From: Callorhinchus milii
Lineage: Eukaryota
Length of the DNA stretch: 64,000 nucleotides
Direction of reading: 5' to 3'
Assembly: GCF_018977255.1 (NCBI RefSeq)
Contig: NW_024704743.1
Location: forward strand, 92,940,001-93,004,000
Part shown: one piece after another, positions 49,936 through 63,020 of the stretch
Layout of the letters: each line of letters starts with the position of its first letter
How positions within the stretch are numbered: the first letter of the stretch is position 1
Made by a program: the position numbers and the translations under genes
The notes under the pieces: model-generated
What the model saw: the letters and a program-made list of their open reading frames with translations, nothing else
Database searches by the model: none
What the model was told of the DNA's origin: nothing

Positions 49936-51921
49936 ACATTCCTTCATGAAACTCAAGTACTATTTTATTTTAGGGCAGTGGTGAAGGAAACCAGAGCAAA
50001 TAGTCCCAGGTCTATATTTTTATACACACTCATTTCATGAACAAGCCACTGTGATGCCCAATGTGTTAAATCAACTTTTCATGTTATGAAGTACTGTTAA
50101 TTACATCAATTATTTACCTCTGGTCACTGTTTCTTATGTTCTGTATCTGTTAAGTTTTTAGTTTTCAGCTGTAATCAATTTAATAGTGCATATGTGGGCT
50201 GTTAATTTAAAAAGTATCAGATTTAAAATTATTCATTCTTTAGATTCCAATTTGCGGAAGCAATTTTACAATGTACACTTTTTCAAGATTATTTCTGCTT
50301 TAAACTTTATTTTGTTATTGTATTCTATTTGTAGAGATATTGAGATACACACTAGAGACTAACCATTCAGTGCAATTGACTATTAATGAAATAATACAAA
50401 AGTAATGGAATTTGGGGGGTAATATATGACTTGTTGCATTAAAATATATACCTAATTCTGTAAGCCTTTTTTTGTAGCACAAATATTTTAGGTCAAGCAG
50501 GCTTTCATCATTTGGAGGTTACCTGTTGACGGTGTTGGAAAGCTACAGAACCTAAAAGATCATCTTCATTGTTCCAGATGAAGTTGATAAAACACCTTCA
50601 ATGTCTTATGTTAAGAAACTCCTCCCAGAACAGAAGGAAATATATAGCTCTTCCCATGAGTTGGATGGCACAGCTATAACTTGACAAAACCCTCGCAAAC
50701 ATTGCACAGCAATTTTGTATATAAATTTATGCATCCCTATCTTAATATGCTTCCCAATCACGTGACCGTGTTTTGACTTAGAAACCATGGTTGTAAAATT
50801 CAGACTTCACAGGAAACATACTTTTCACCTAGAAGACCACTTTTGAAAGCCCAAAATCATCTCTAACAAGGTCAGCAAGGTTTTAGATGGAGTAAACACA
50901 TTGTCATCTGGTCAAAACTCAAAGGTAAAGCAAAACAGAAAGGACATTTTGAGCATGTTGTTATTCATATAAAGATGGTGAGCTATGTAAAATATCACTT
51001 GAACTAATTTTCAATTTCAGTTTGCGTCTTGCTGTTCCAGGACATCACACTCAAAATTACTCACAATCCCCAATGTTTTAATATTGTCAAAATTGTTATC
51101 TCTCCATCAAATGTCATGTAATTGCTATGGAAGGCAATTTTCCATGGCAAGTCTGTGATGGATTGAACACAGGCAACATACATTGTGAAAGAAAGTCAGG
51201 AGTAAGACAGAGTAAGTGCAATAATCACATTGTCTCACAGCCTTCAACAATAGTTTGCTAGAATTTAAACAGTGTAGTTCAGCGTGACTGGATAGACTGT
51301 ACATAATGTCTAACCCTACAGTAATGCTTTCTTTGTTTCAAAATAAAAACAGCAAAACTGGAAATCAAGGCAGGTCAAACAGTTTGCGAAAGAAAAAAAG
51401 GGCGGGAGGGCAATCTTTCTGGCTGCCACAGATTTCCCAAATTTGGTTTCATTTTCATATATCCACTCTTTGCATTTTTTAAAATATTTTTTACATTATC
51501 TATTTTACTTTATCCTTTCAGATGCATGGTAGAGTGAAGCAGCAGTGATTTGGCATCAGAAGAATTTATCACGGCAGTGAAAGAAAGAATCAAGGCCTGC
51601 GCTGGGAGTAGTGGGAATGAGGATAAGGAGAACTATTCTCACAATGGGAGGTGAAGAGAATAAAATAACTATTATCTCACAGTGGGAGGAACAGAAGCGA
51701 GAACAGAATAAGTAAACTGGAATAATTACTAAGACTAACAAAGTAGACGAATAAAACCATCAAGATCCATACCTTTCTTACAGCTCTAACAATATGCATG
51801 CTGTTCATGTAGCTATTAGTAATAATGCTATTACATGCACAAAAACAATTCATCTACGAACACATACTACTCAGACATCCATAACTTTAAAAGTTCTATA
51901 CCTTGGATATGAAATGATAAA

Positions 51922-52275
51922 TAATAAAATAATAAGCCTTGCATTTTGACATAGCATATGATTGCATCATCAAAACATTCCAAGGTCATTCACAGGGTAG
52001 ATTGTAAAATGTAGTGACTGTGAATTTATTGGGTGAATATGGCAGCCAACCGGCACACAGCAATGTGCCACACACATCCATGAAGTGGCTGATCAATTTT
52101 ATTCTGGGGGGTTGCTGCCAGGATACTATGAGAATACCTTCACTTTTTGAATAGTAGTGTGGGATCTTTAACTTCCACCCGAATAGACACACGGGTTCCT
52201 GTTTCAATATTTCCTCTGAAGGATGGCACCTCTGAGAATGCTCTCCCCCTGCATTGTAAGTTCAGAGTCTTGACA
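51922..52275 (-). mobile_element. Old Deu-domain SINE
   Basis: tgggatcttaacttccacccg...ctgaaggatggcacctctgagaatgc. Confidence 0.7.
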
Positions 52276-52429
52276 TGGACTGTTTTACAACTATATAGGA
52301 CAGATTTTCATTCACAAATAATGGGCTAGATTTTCTTTCTGTAAGTATAACAATCGCCTGGCAACCAGAGCCCATTCTTTACTTTTACCAAGTGTAATGG
52401 AAAGCTGTACAAGGTGTTAATTTTCAAAT

Positions 52430-53080
52430 CAATAGAACCATAGAATTTTGTGATGCAGTAGGAGGCTATTCTTCCATGTTTTTCATGTCAGTGTTTGCTC
52501 CTCCAAGTACCCATCCATCCAAACCCAAATTTTCATCCTGGTCTATTTCCATATCCTCTAATATCCCTCCTCAGCATATACCTGTCCAATTATTTTTTAA
52601 ATGTCCCAATCAATGCTGCTTTAACGGATTCTGACAACCTTCTCTCAGAAGGTTTTCTGAGACTCTCCTTTCACTGCCTAGTTGTGATTTTGAATTCATG
52701 CCCACTTGTCTTTGAATCTGCTATCAGCAGAAAAAGTGGAAACAGTTTTAAATGATTCTCTCAAACCTTCTTATTATCTTAAACACCTCAATCTGCTCCA
52801 ATAGGAAAATTTCTAACCTCACCAGCCTCTTCTCATAGTCGTATCCTTTCATCCAGCATCATCCTTGTGAACCTACACTGCACCCTTTCCATAGGTCTAA
52901 TCTCCTTTCTAAATTGTCTATGAAACTGCAGACAATATTCCAGCTGTGGAGTAAAATTATTTCTTGTTCAGATTCATCACCACTTCCTTACTTTTTTAAC
53001 TAATTGATCCAGTCTGCCAACCTGTCAACATGTGCCTGTAACTTCCTGCACACTTCATCATTGTTAACAACTCCTTCTGG
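52430..53080 (-). mobile_element. Old CR1 3' fragment
   Basis: Tail atagaaccatagaat; ctcttctcatag...ccttgtgaacctacactgcacc. Confidence 0.72.
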
Positions 53081-54810
53081 ACAACAAAAACAACACAACA
53101 GGATTACATTTGTATAGAGCCTTTCACATCGGGAGGACGTCCCAAGGCGCTGGACATAGTACAGCATTTCCGACCTGAGTTAGGGTTGGGGGGGGAAGGG
53201 AGGGGAGGGGAAGGGGGGTGACCGATGGCATGGTCGAAGAGAGGGTCTTAAGGTAGGACTTGAAGGAGGCAGAGTGACTGAAGGCTCTCCTGCCAATGGT
53301 GGGGCGGGTGAATCGGGGGACGTGGAGCAGGCCAGAGCCAGCTGAGCGGAGGGAACTGGTGGGTTGGTAGGGGGTTAGGAGGTCGCAGAGGCATGGTGGG
53401 GCAAGGCCTTGGAGGGCTTTGTATGTGAGGACCAGGATCTTGAACTGGATCCTCCGAAGGATAGGGAGCCAGTGGAGTCGGGCGAGAATGGGGGAGATGG
53501 GTCACGGAGTTTGGTCTGGGAGAGAACACGGGCTGCAGAGTTCTGGATTATCTGCAGCCTGTGGAGGGAGGAGTTGGGAAGGCCGACAAGCAGGGCGTTT
53601 GCATAGTCGAGCCTGGAGGTGATGAAGGCATGAACAAGAGTTTCAGCGACCTGAGGGGTGAAGTAGTGGTGGTGTCAGGCGATGTTACAGAGGTGAGGGA
53701 AGGCAGAGCGGGTCATGGCTTGAATGTGGGGGAGAAAAGACAGTTGAGGGTCGAACAATACACCTGGGTTCCTGACTGGCTGGTGAGTTGTAGTGTGTGT
53801 CCATGGAGCCTGAGGTGCTGAGGCGCTGGCATGAGCCAATCAGGAGTGCCTCAGTCTTGTTCACATTCAACTGTAGGAAATTTGCCCTCATCCAGGATTT
53901 GATGTCCGACAGACAGTCTGTCAGTACAGCAGTGGTCCTGGAGTTGAGGGTGGAGGCAGAAAGATAGAGTTGGGTGTCATTCGCATACATGTGGAAGTTG
54001 ACCCCATGTCTGCGGATGATGTCACCAAGGGGGAGCATGTAGATATTAAAGAGGAGAGGGCCAAGAACAGAGCCCTGGGGGACGCCAGATGTGATGATGC
54101 GGGGGCTGGAGGATAAACGGTTAGAGGCAACGAAGTGGAGATGGTGCGAGAGATAGGAATCGAACCAGGCAAGGGCAGATCAGTGAAGATTGAGTAAAGC
54201 AGAGAGACGGTGTATGAGGATGGAGTGGTCGACAGTGTCGAAGGTGGCAGAGAGGTCGAGGAGGACAAGGAGGCAGAGGGAACCCTGATCACAGATGTTC
54301 AGGATGTCATTAATGACTTTGACCAGGGCTGTTTCCGTGCTGTGGGCAGCGCGGAAGCCGGATTGGAGGGGTTCAAAGAGGAAATGGCGAGAGAGAAAGG
54401 AGCGGAGCTGGGACGCAACGACTCATTCCAGGACCTTGGAGAGGAATGGAAGATTAGAGTTGGGCAGTAGCTCGAGAGGAGGGATGGATCCAGGGAAGGT
54501 TTTTTCTGGATGAGGGTGATGACGGTTGTTTTTAGGGGGATGGGAACTGAACCGGTGGACAGGGAGACGTTGATGACATCGGACAGGAGGGGGTCCAGAA
54601 GGTGGCTCTGGGAGATGAGGAAGGAGGTGGGTATGGGATCGAGAGAGCAGGTGGTGGGTTTGAGTTTGCGGACAGTCGTGGTGAGGGAGGAGGGAGAGAT
54701 AGGGTTGAAGGAGTATAGGGGGGTATGGGCGGGGTGTAGGTCATGAAGGAGATGTGATGTGGGGTTGGCTGTGGATGGAGCTGAGGTGGCTGAACATATC
54801 CCCTCGATAG
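53080..54810 (-). mobile_element. L2 LINE, 5'-truncated (~1.7 kb)
   Basis: Same subfamily as 8155-9885. [11 protein letters not shown] (YADD mutated) and TTCSLDPIPT. Confidence 0.95.
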
Positions 54811-55110
54811 ACAACGGGTAATGTCAAAACAAATTGCAGTGTACTTGATGTGTGCAGAGCATCAGAGCAGCACTTTTCACAATTTACAAAGTGCGATATA
54901 CTTTGACAGTATCCAACCCGACATATTAAGTAACATTAAAAATAAGCCCAACTCAGATGTTAAGCCAGAACTGTTAGGTGCCTTTCTGAGGTGAAAGGTG
55001 CTATATTAATGGTAATTTGTATTGTAATGCATTGGAATATTTCTTGGGATGTGGCATGCTATCATGCTACATTCTCATGCAGCATATAAATATATAAATA
55101 TAAATATATA

Positions 55111-55440
55111 GTGGAGTCCTGTAGCTCAGTGGGTAGAGCACTCGCTTTGCAAGCGAGAGATCTGAGTTCAATTCCAGACAGGGCGAAACCTTGGGCAAGT
55201 TTCCTTACTCCACACGTCTGATAATAATCCCTCCAAAACCAAAAAAAAAATAAAAAATTGGTGATTTTCAATCTACGACTGTTTGTGGGACATTGTTGTG
55301 CGCAATTGGCTGACACATTTTGCCCACTTTTCGCCCACAAAACATAGCCAATTCACTTTACAGTATATTTTGTGAAGCACTTTGAGACATCTAGAAGACG
55401 TGAAAAGTGCTATATCAAATGCAAGGATTATTTTATTATA
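55111..55440 (+). mobile_element. tRNA-Ala-derived SINE, subfamily A, full length
   Basis: Perfect anticodon stem ctcgc-tttgcaa-gcgag; A and B boxes; 3' hairpin loop variant tagaa. Confidence 0.94.
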
Positions 55441-55754
55441 ATATCCTAATAGGTATGCTCACTTGTTGAAATGTTTGCTGATGATATTCAATTGCAGGAA
55501 AGTGATTCATTGTAGAAATAAGAACATTCTCACAAGACCACAGTACCACAAGGAGAGGTTTGGATGAGAAAGCCCCTTCAGTCTATCTGATCTCATCCTT
55601 CCAGAACACTTACTCTACCGTCTCCCCATCACCACATCAAGCTGCTTATTAAATGAATCCATTTGACCTCATCCTTTCAGAAAACCCACCCAACTATGCT
55701 ACCATTATTTATTCTTCAATTCATCTGGCGTCCTGCCACATTTCCTGGTAACCT

Positions 55755-56238
55755 GCTTATTTTTTTAAAAAAATTTCATCAGTTGGTTGTCTGGCACATG
55801 CGGAAACCCATCACCATGCTTAACAGTATCCAAACCAAAGAGACTTCCACACATCCCACCTACACATAGAAATTCCAGAGATATTTATTGGAATGTGCAC
55901 TTTCTCCTTGAAAGAACGCATCCTGCTTATCTAATTCTCGAAAGTATTGGGAGCAAGTTGTCAAGAGCCAAGGCTTAGGGACCTCAGACTGTGCATCGTG
56001 GTGGGTACTGCTGGAGTCTAACCAGCTAAACCTGCATATCTTGCCATTGATATTGCTGTCTGGCAAGCTTTTTCACTGCTTATCCAACTAGCAGCACCCT
56101 ACCAATTAGGGCTTTGGTTTGCAGGGATATCAGGAGCTGAGTGGGATGACTCCCTGACCCCAGTAGCTGGTCAGCCCTTCCGAGATCTGCCTGGCTGAGC
56201 TATCATCAGCAGTACCCTGGAATACTGTGGAGTAACCC
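55755..56238. repeat. Unclassified dispersed repeat, copy 5 of 5
   Basis: Collinear with 36965-37428 over most of its length. Confidence 0.82.
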
Positions 56239-56239
56239 C

Positions 56240-56605
56240 ATCTCACCAGTTCTGGCCAGGCTCCACTGGCTCCCCATCACTGAACAGATCGACTTCAAGA
56301 TCCTCACTCTCTTGTTCAAATCCATGAATTCCCTGGCACCTCCCTACCTCTCCGACCTCCTCACACCCCAGTGCACCACCCGGCGCCTCCGCTCGACTGG
56401 CATCGGCCTCTTGCTTGTCCCTCGCACCCTCCGCCCCATCAATGGAGGTTGTGCTTTCAACCACTGCGGCCCAAAACTCTAGAATAATCCCCCTCAATCC
56501 CTCCGCCTTGCCTCCTCTCTCCCCTCTTACAAGTCCTGCCTGAAAACTTTCCTGTTCAATCATGCTTGCAGCCACCTTCCCCTTCCCCCCTCCTCGGAGT
56601 CACTG
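56240..56605 (+). mobile_element. Old L2 3' fragment
   Basis: ctccactggctcccc...atcgacttcaagatcctc...ccctacctctccgacctcc. Confidence 0.85.
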
Positions 56606-57299
56606 GATTGTAGCAGGAAGAGTGCAAAATATGTGAAGGCAGCAAATGACAATTTGCAATAACATTTTAAAAATTCTTACATTTGACACATTTGAAATCG
56701 TGTTGAGATTTCATCTCAAAATGCTTCACAGGATTTATTGTAAATTCCAGGGACTGTTTACTTTTCTAGAAGAAAGCAGAAGCCAATTTGTGCACAATAG
56801 TGTCCCACAAACAACCATGGCATGTGTGATTAATTTAATATAATTAATTTAATCATCACATGTATGATTAATTTAATCCTGATTGTCAGGCAGGACATGG
56901 GAAGATACTTCCTTCTTCAGCCTGGGTTTAGTGGGAGTGAAGCAGCAGAATTTAATTGTGTTGCTCAAAATGGTGATGTTGCTATCTTTAGTAAAGTTAA
57001 CACCATTCAAAAGGTGATAGAAGGGGTTTGTCAATTCCAATTAATCTACATTTGCAAATACAATATTTTTGATGCAGATAAACTAGTACATTTCTCAACA
57101 CTTAAGGATGATTTTCATACTATCAAACTGACATGACACAAAAAGGGTTATCAAGAAGATAAAAATACCTGTTCAAATGTATCATGCTATTACCGATTTT
57201 TTCAGTAAAACAGAAATAAATAAATGAAGCATGTTCTGTAGAGCTATCTAGAAATAACCTAATACCAGACAATTCAACTGGTTAATGCAACTGTAATTT

Positions 57300-57530
57300 T
57301 CAGGAAAGTAGGGAAGTCATGTTAAATGTATATAAAACCTTGGTAAGACTACATTTGGAGTACTGGGTGTAGTTCTGGTCATCATGTTACAGGAAGCATA
57401 TTGTAATACCTGAATAAAGTGCAGATTTGGAAGAATGTACCCAGGGATGAATGAATGCAACTATCAAGAAGAGATGGATACATTGACGTTTTTCTTTTGA
57501 GATGTGATGATTGAAAGGATCTGACAGGGT
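57300..57530 (+). mobile_element. Old CR1 fragment
   Basis: EVMLNVYKTLVRLHLEYWV*FWSSCYRK. Confidence 0.75.
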
Positions 57531-60309
57531 TGTTTAAAATTAGATCGTTATTGATATGTTGATATTTGTATGGATTCTGAAGAAACTTAACAGTTCCACA
57601 GAAATTAATCAACCTCAAGTTTAGAATAACATTTAACTTCGGCCTGAATTCCATTGTGAATTACCTTGTAAGTGACTACTGCAGATGGATACCTCATCCA
57701 ATATTGCCCATAAATTCAATGAAAAATGCAGCTACAAAAGGGTGCAACATTGAGATTGTAATTATCATTAAGATTGTCAATGGTGTAGAGTTAGAAATTT
57801 GAAGCCTTCTAAAAGTTCTGATGATTAACACAAATTCCAAATGTCTGCATTATTATTAATTTATGTATTTTTACTCAAAATGCCCATGACTGTACTGTAA
57901 AACTATGATAGACAATGGATGTTGAGTGCATTTCTACAATTGGAGGTAATGATTATCAAGATATCCTCCCGGCATAGAAGACATGAATGATACTATACAA
58001 ATGTGGTTGTCCTTTTCCTTCTTAAACTAGAGTAATTTATCCAGAATGAGCATGGACAGCAATAGTCAGCAAGGCATTAGAGAAAGTACCTGAATGTTTT
58101 AGAAACTTTGTGAGGTTTTATTTGGATTAATACTGAAACAAATCACTTAGAGCCATACAATATGAAATACTGACTGGAGCTGCAGTCAGTAATTTACTTT
58201 ACAGGCTGAAAACTGCAATTAGTACTTCTTTTGCTATGCCTATGCCCTTGGGCTCAACTTCGTTTTTAAAATAGTAAAGCATTTCACATGTGTTGCATAA
58301 GCTATAGAACATTTTTTGTGATGTGGTTTCCACCAGTGTCTGTTCTATTGTCCATTCACATTACATCACATCTCTAAAGACTATTACCATTAATATTTAT
58401 CAATGTGCAGCAGTAAAAACTATTTTCTTATACATGATGTTTTTTGTCTTACCCAATGAAACGTAGTGGTTCAGATCATCAGTTAATAATTGATAACATA
58501 TGTTTGGACTTTTAAATCCCTCGTAACAAACATTTATTGAAGATGACATCTTGTGAAATTTACAGTAATGTGGCAAATTGGCTAGGAAATGGAAAACGAG
58601 TGGTTATAAACTAGTGTTTTTCAAGCTATTGTAAAGTTGTCCTCACTCCACTGCTCCAGTCATTATTTTATAGTGTATGGCTCTATTTGATTTGTTTCAG
58701 TATTAACCCAAACAAAATGTCACCAAGTTTGAATAGCATTTCAAGCTATTCTAAAGTAGTCATCTTTACAATACTATTCCTCACCTAAATATATATATAC
58801 ATGTGTACACATTTATATTGGATCAGAAAGGGGTCGAATATATTTGCTAAGCACCTACAAATATATGATGATAAAATTCTGCCACAGACATTGTTTGGAC
58901 AGACGGTTTTGAATATTGTAAACATTGGATTGAGAAGTCACTGATATTGTATACACAGGTAATGCAATGGAACATGGATAAAATATTGAGAGATATTCTC
59001 ACTCCATGATTTCCTGTCCGCTTATTTCCTTAATCAGATTAAGACAAATCATTAATCCGTGATAGTTGATCAGTTATCCAACTATTGCAATTGATAGCTA
59101 ACTGCTTCCTCACTTATGCAGTGTAGAGCAATCATCCAAATATAGCATCAGCACTTGGTTAAAAAAATAGAAAATGGAAATCCCTGAGGAGTTTATTCAG
59201 TAACCTTGATGTAAAATGCATGTCTTAATATTGCAAACAGAATTTATTGTGAAAGTAGCGAGTCAAATCCACTGTGATTTCAATCAAAGAACTCTCATTG
59301 CCATTCTTGCTCACTTGCCTTCCCTCTCTTTGCCCCAAATTCATGTTCATTATGGAACAAACACAGGCGCCTCACTGCATCTTCACTGTATTGCAATCAA
59401 AACCACTGCATTGTATTCTAGTCTAGTTATTTGTTAATAAGACAATGAGACTCTTTCTTACCCCCCATCAGTCTTCTTTTCATGATACAATCTACAGGCT
59501 TTTAAAACCAAAGATTCATATCACACTACATCAAGATTATTTCTCAGCCTTTAGTATCTATTCTTATTGAAGCATTATGGACGAGTTGTTCTTGGCATAA
59601 GAGTAATGCATTATGGACTATGTATTATTGCTAATCTTCGGCAGCATGAAAAATGTATTTGTAATCACTTCAACACTGTAGAGTGATGAAATGTTGTTAA
59701 GTGACTATTATGCTCTTGCACTGACACTATAATTTACCTTTAATGGAAAATTACTGAACATTTGTACTGTTGTACTTTATAATGAAGTTTTGCTGATGTA
59801 ACTTGTGTAATTTGTTTACTTGTTAGAAATGAATAGTGTCTGTCTTTTCTTTCTCCAATGGCCTTCCTCTGTCTGTCATACTTATATGGGAAAAGGAATG
59901 TGCAACAGGTGCCCTGTATTATGCAAGAAGTAAGACAAAGAAGTGTTGACTGTTGTTGACTATTAGGTGATCTTGCAAAATGTTCAAATGAGATAATCTT
60001 TGTTAGGTGAGACATAAAAGCAATTGGTATCTCGGAGCTAAGCCAGATGGTTTGAAGGTCACAAAAAACTTTTCGTTATGTGTATGAATATTGGATACTA
60101 ACTAGCCTGACGTTGGAACAGCAAGAAGGCAAGATACGAAGATACCACTTAAAGAAGAAGAAACTCCTGCAACTCCTTCTTCTGTTCCCCAAATTCATAG
60201 CTATGCCTTTCTGTAATTAATACCACTATTATAATATTTGCAAATCACGCAAACCCTCTGTGAGCTTGGTTATCCGTTTCCGAATCCAGTGACGATTTAC
60301 ACCAATGTG

Positions 60310-60342
60310 ATCAATTTAGTATCTGATGTGTCCCCTATCTGG
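60310..60342 (+). pseudogene. RNU2: U2 snRNA fragment (stem IIa/IIb region)
   Basis: atcaatttagtatctgatgtgtcccctatctgg compared with U2 atcagtttaatatctgatacgtcc(c/t)ctatc(t/c)g, recalled from memory. All differences are transitions. Confidence 0.6.
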
Positions 60343-60530
60343 CTGGCACAGGTACAATGGCCAGAATGGCTACTATGATGTAAATTTCTAAAAATTCCCT
60401 TGTACTCTTTTGAAACTTTGTAGTATACTGCTATATGGCTCTTAGTCTTTTATGTAGGTTCTCAAAAAAAATCTGTTCACTCCCCTGACTGTACTTGGTT
60501 CCAGATAGTGTTGAGCAGTGTTACAGTTTC

Positions 60531-61190
60531 ATAAATAATAATAATAATAAATGCACGTGACATAGCACCTAATCATGTCTTCGAGACATCTCAAAGCGAA
60601 TTGACTGTATATTTTGTGGGTGAAATTCAGCAACCAATTGCACACAGCAGTGTCCCACAAACAGTCATGGATTGAGTGACCAATTTTTTTAAAGGAATTA
60701 TTACCAACGGAAAAGCAATCCACCAATCAACTAACAACTGGGTTCCTACTTACTGTTAGGTAAACAGAAGAGTGTGGAGTAAAGGAACTTCCCCAACATT
60801 TTGCCCTGTCTGGAATCGAACCCAGGTCTCTCGCTTGCAAGGCAATTGCTCTAACCAATGAGTCCTGTAGCTCAGTAGTTAGAGCACTTGCTTTGCAAGC
60901 GAGAGACCCGAGTTCAATTCCAGGCAGGGCGAAACCTTGGGCAAGTTTCCTTACTCCACACACCTAATAATAATCCCTCCAAAAACCCAAAACAATAATA
61001 AATTGGTCATTTTCAATCTACGACTGTTTGTGGGACATTGCTGTGCGCAATTGGCTGCCGCGTTCGCCCACAAATATACAGTCAATTCACTTTACAGTGT
61101 GTTCTGTGAAGCGCTTTGGCACGTCCTCCTGACGTGAAAAGCGCTATATCAAATGCAAGGATTATTATTATTATAGCTACAGGACTCCAC
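60531..61190 (-). mobile_element. SINE subfamily B (60531-60860 + 61175-61190) interrupted in its head by the SINE at 60861-61174
   Basis: ctaaccaatg|insert|agctacaggactccac rejoins into an intact head. Confidence 0.88.
60861..61174 (+). mobile_element. tRNA-Ala-derived SINE, subfamily A, near full length
   Basis: Near-identical to 31901-32226; lacks the first few nucleotides. Confidence 0.95.
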
Positions 61191-62384
61191 AAATATAGAA
61201 ATATTTTGTGAGTTTTTTTCCAGCGGTCAAAATGAAAGACACTACTGCAACATTGTAGACTCAGCAGGGTGAAAATATCAATAACTGCAAGGAATTTTTT
61301 TTCTTCTGTAAAGCAGCTGGATCATATAGTGGAGTCTTATTTGCAGGCTGAGTTAAGAGCACTTGTTCTAAATTTGCAGGTTGGGTTAACCATGTGTACA
61401 TGCCCACATGTGCCGTTAAATATGTAATTAACAACAACAATCTTTACATTTGATATAGCCACTTTACAATACAATTTACATTTATATAGTGTCTTTCATG
61501 TTAGAAGAACGTCTCAAAGCACTTCACAGGATATATTGTATAGTGTAGTGACTGTACTTTTTAGGTAATTTAACACCCCATGTAAATAATTCCAGAATTT
61601 TCTGTAATACTTTTTTTCTATTATTTTTAATTACAATTCCTCTAGGCACACATTGGGTCAAATCCACAATGCATGTAAAATCTAATACATCAATGTGTTA
61701 TACTGGACTCTCCTGAGAGCGTTCTCAGTGGACACATCTGAGACGTCAGGTCTGCAACTTTTATTACTGGCTAGTGGGATAGCAGCATTTAAGTAAACAA
61801 AGGTGGTATCATTAGCAATTGAAGGGCACATGTTCACCAACTTAACCATTGAGAACACTGTCAGAGATAGGGTCTTCAGCTCATTCCAAATGATATATAT
61901 TAAATGGACTACAACTTGACCTTGCTTCAAGACAAATGTCTTTTGACCTATGTTTGGTGAAACTGGATTTCTTGGGATTGAGAAGAATTGCTTTATAAAA
62001 ATAATTTTTTTGTCTCACACTTATAATCAACATTAGCAACAAGGCTAGGAGTCTAAAGGTATATGATAACAAGATGGTAGGAGATGCACTCTGATATGTG
62101 GAATTTGCAGTTTCATCTCAAATATGCCAATGACATATTCAGAGGATTTAAGTCAGCCCAGATTCAGCAGTTGTTCAATGACTGCAGAAACATAGGAATT
62201 ATTTTTATATCCATCATGATGCTTTGTCACAAAAACTCTCATTATTATGTCTTCAGAAAGAAGAGGAAAACCCTAGGGGCTAAGAGAGTTACTTATGGAG
62301 TAAACTGGGAAACAGTTGGAAGATATTCTGTATTCTTAAGCCAACTGAAAAGTAACAACTTTGAAGGAGGCATTTCCAATATTT

Positions 62385-63020
62385 AGGAGGGTGACCAAAG
62401 GCATGGTCGAAGAGTAGGGTCTTGAGATGGGTCTTGAAAGAGGAATGGGAGGGGTCAATGCAGAGGGACTGTAGGGTGGAATTCCAGAGGGTGGGGGCAG
62501 AGAGGCTGAAGACCAATGATGAGATGAGTAAGGTGGGGGAAGCAGGCCAGAGCCCCCTGAGTGGAAAGAGTGGACAGGTCAGTAAGGGGTTTGGAAGCCG
62601 TAGAGGTGAGGGGCAAGGACGTGGAGGGCCTTGAAGGTGTGGGTGAGGATTTTGAACTCTATCCACTGGAAGATGAGGAGACAGTAGAGCTGGGCGAGGG
62701 TGGGGCTGATAGGGTCGCGGAGCCGGTGCGGGAGTTGACAAGGGCTGCACAGTTTTGAATGATCTGTAGCCTGTCAAGGAAGGCGTTGGGAAAGCCGACA
62801 AGCGGGGAGTTTGCATAGGCAAGCCTAGATTTGATAAATGCGTAGATGAGGATCTTGGCGGCCTGCAGTGAAAATCAGTAATGGAGCCGGGCAATATTGC
62901 GGAGATGGGGAAAAGCAGAGTGATCATGGCACAGATGTGGAGGATGAAGGACATTTGAGGGTTGAACAGGATGCTGAGATTTTGTATTGGCTCCATGAGG
63001 TGTAGAGTGCACCCATCCAT
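62385..63020 (-). mobile_element. L2 fragment
   Basis: FSLSAPTLWNST...FKTHLKTLLFDHAF and IQNLSILFNPQMSF. Confidence 0.88.

Noticed and set aside
50576..50685. Acceptor-like site followed by a short open frame (DEVDKTPSMSYVKKLLPEQKE...)
   Set aside because: No recognisable homology and no partner exons; insufficient support.
56821..56880. AT-rich palindrome and direct repeat (tgattaatttaat)
   Set aside because: Low complexity at the edge of a decayed SINE; explained by local slippage.
61891..61908. atatattaaatgga, matching U2 just upstream of the Sm site
   Set aside because: Only about 14 AT-rich nucleotides with no flanking U2 similarity; likely chance.
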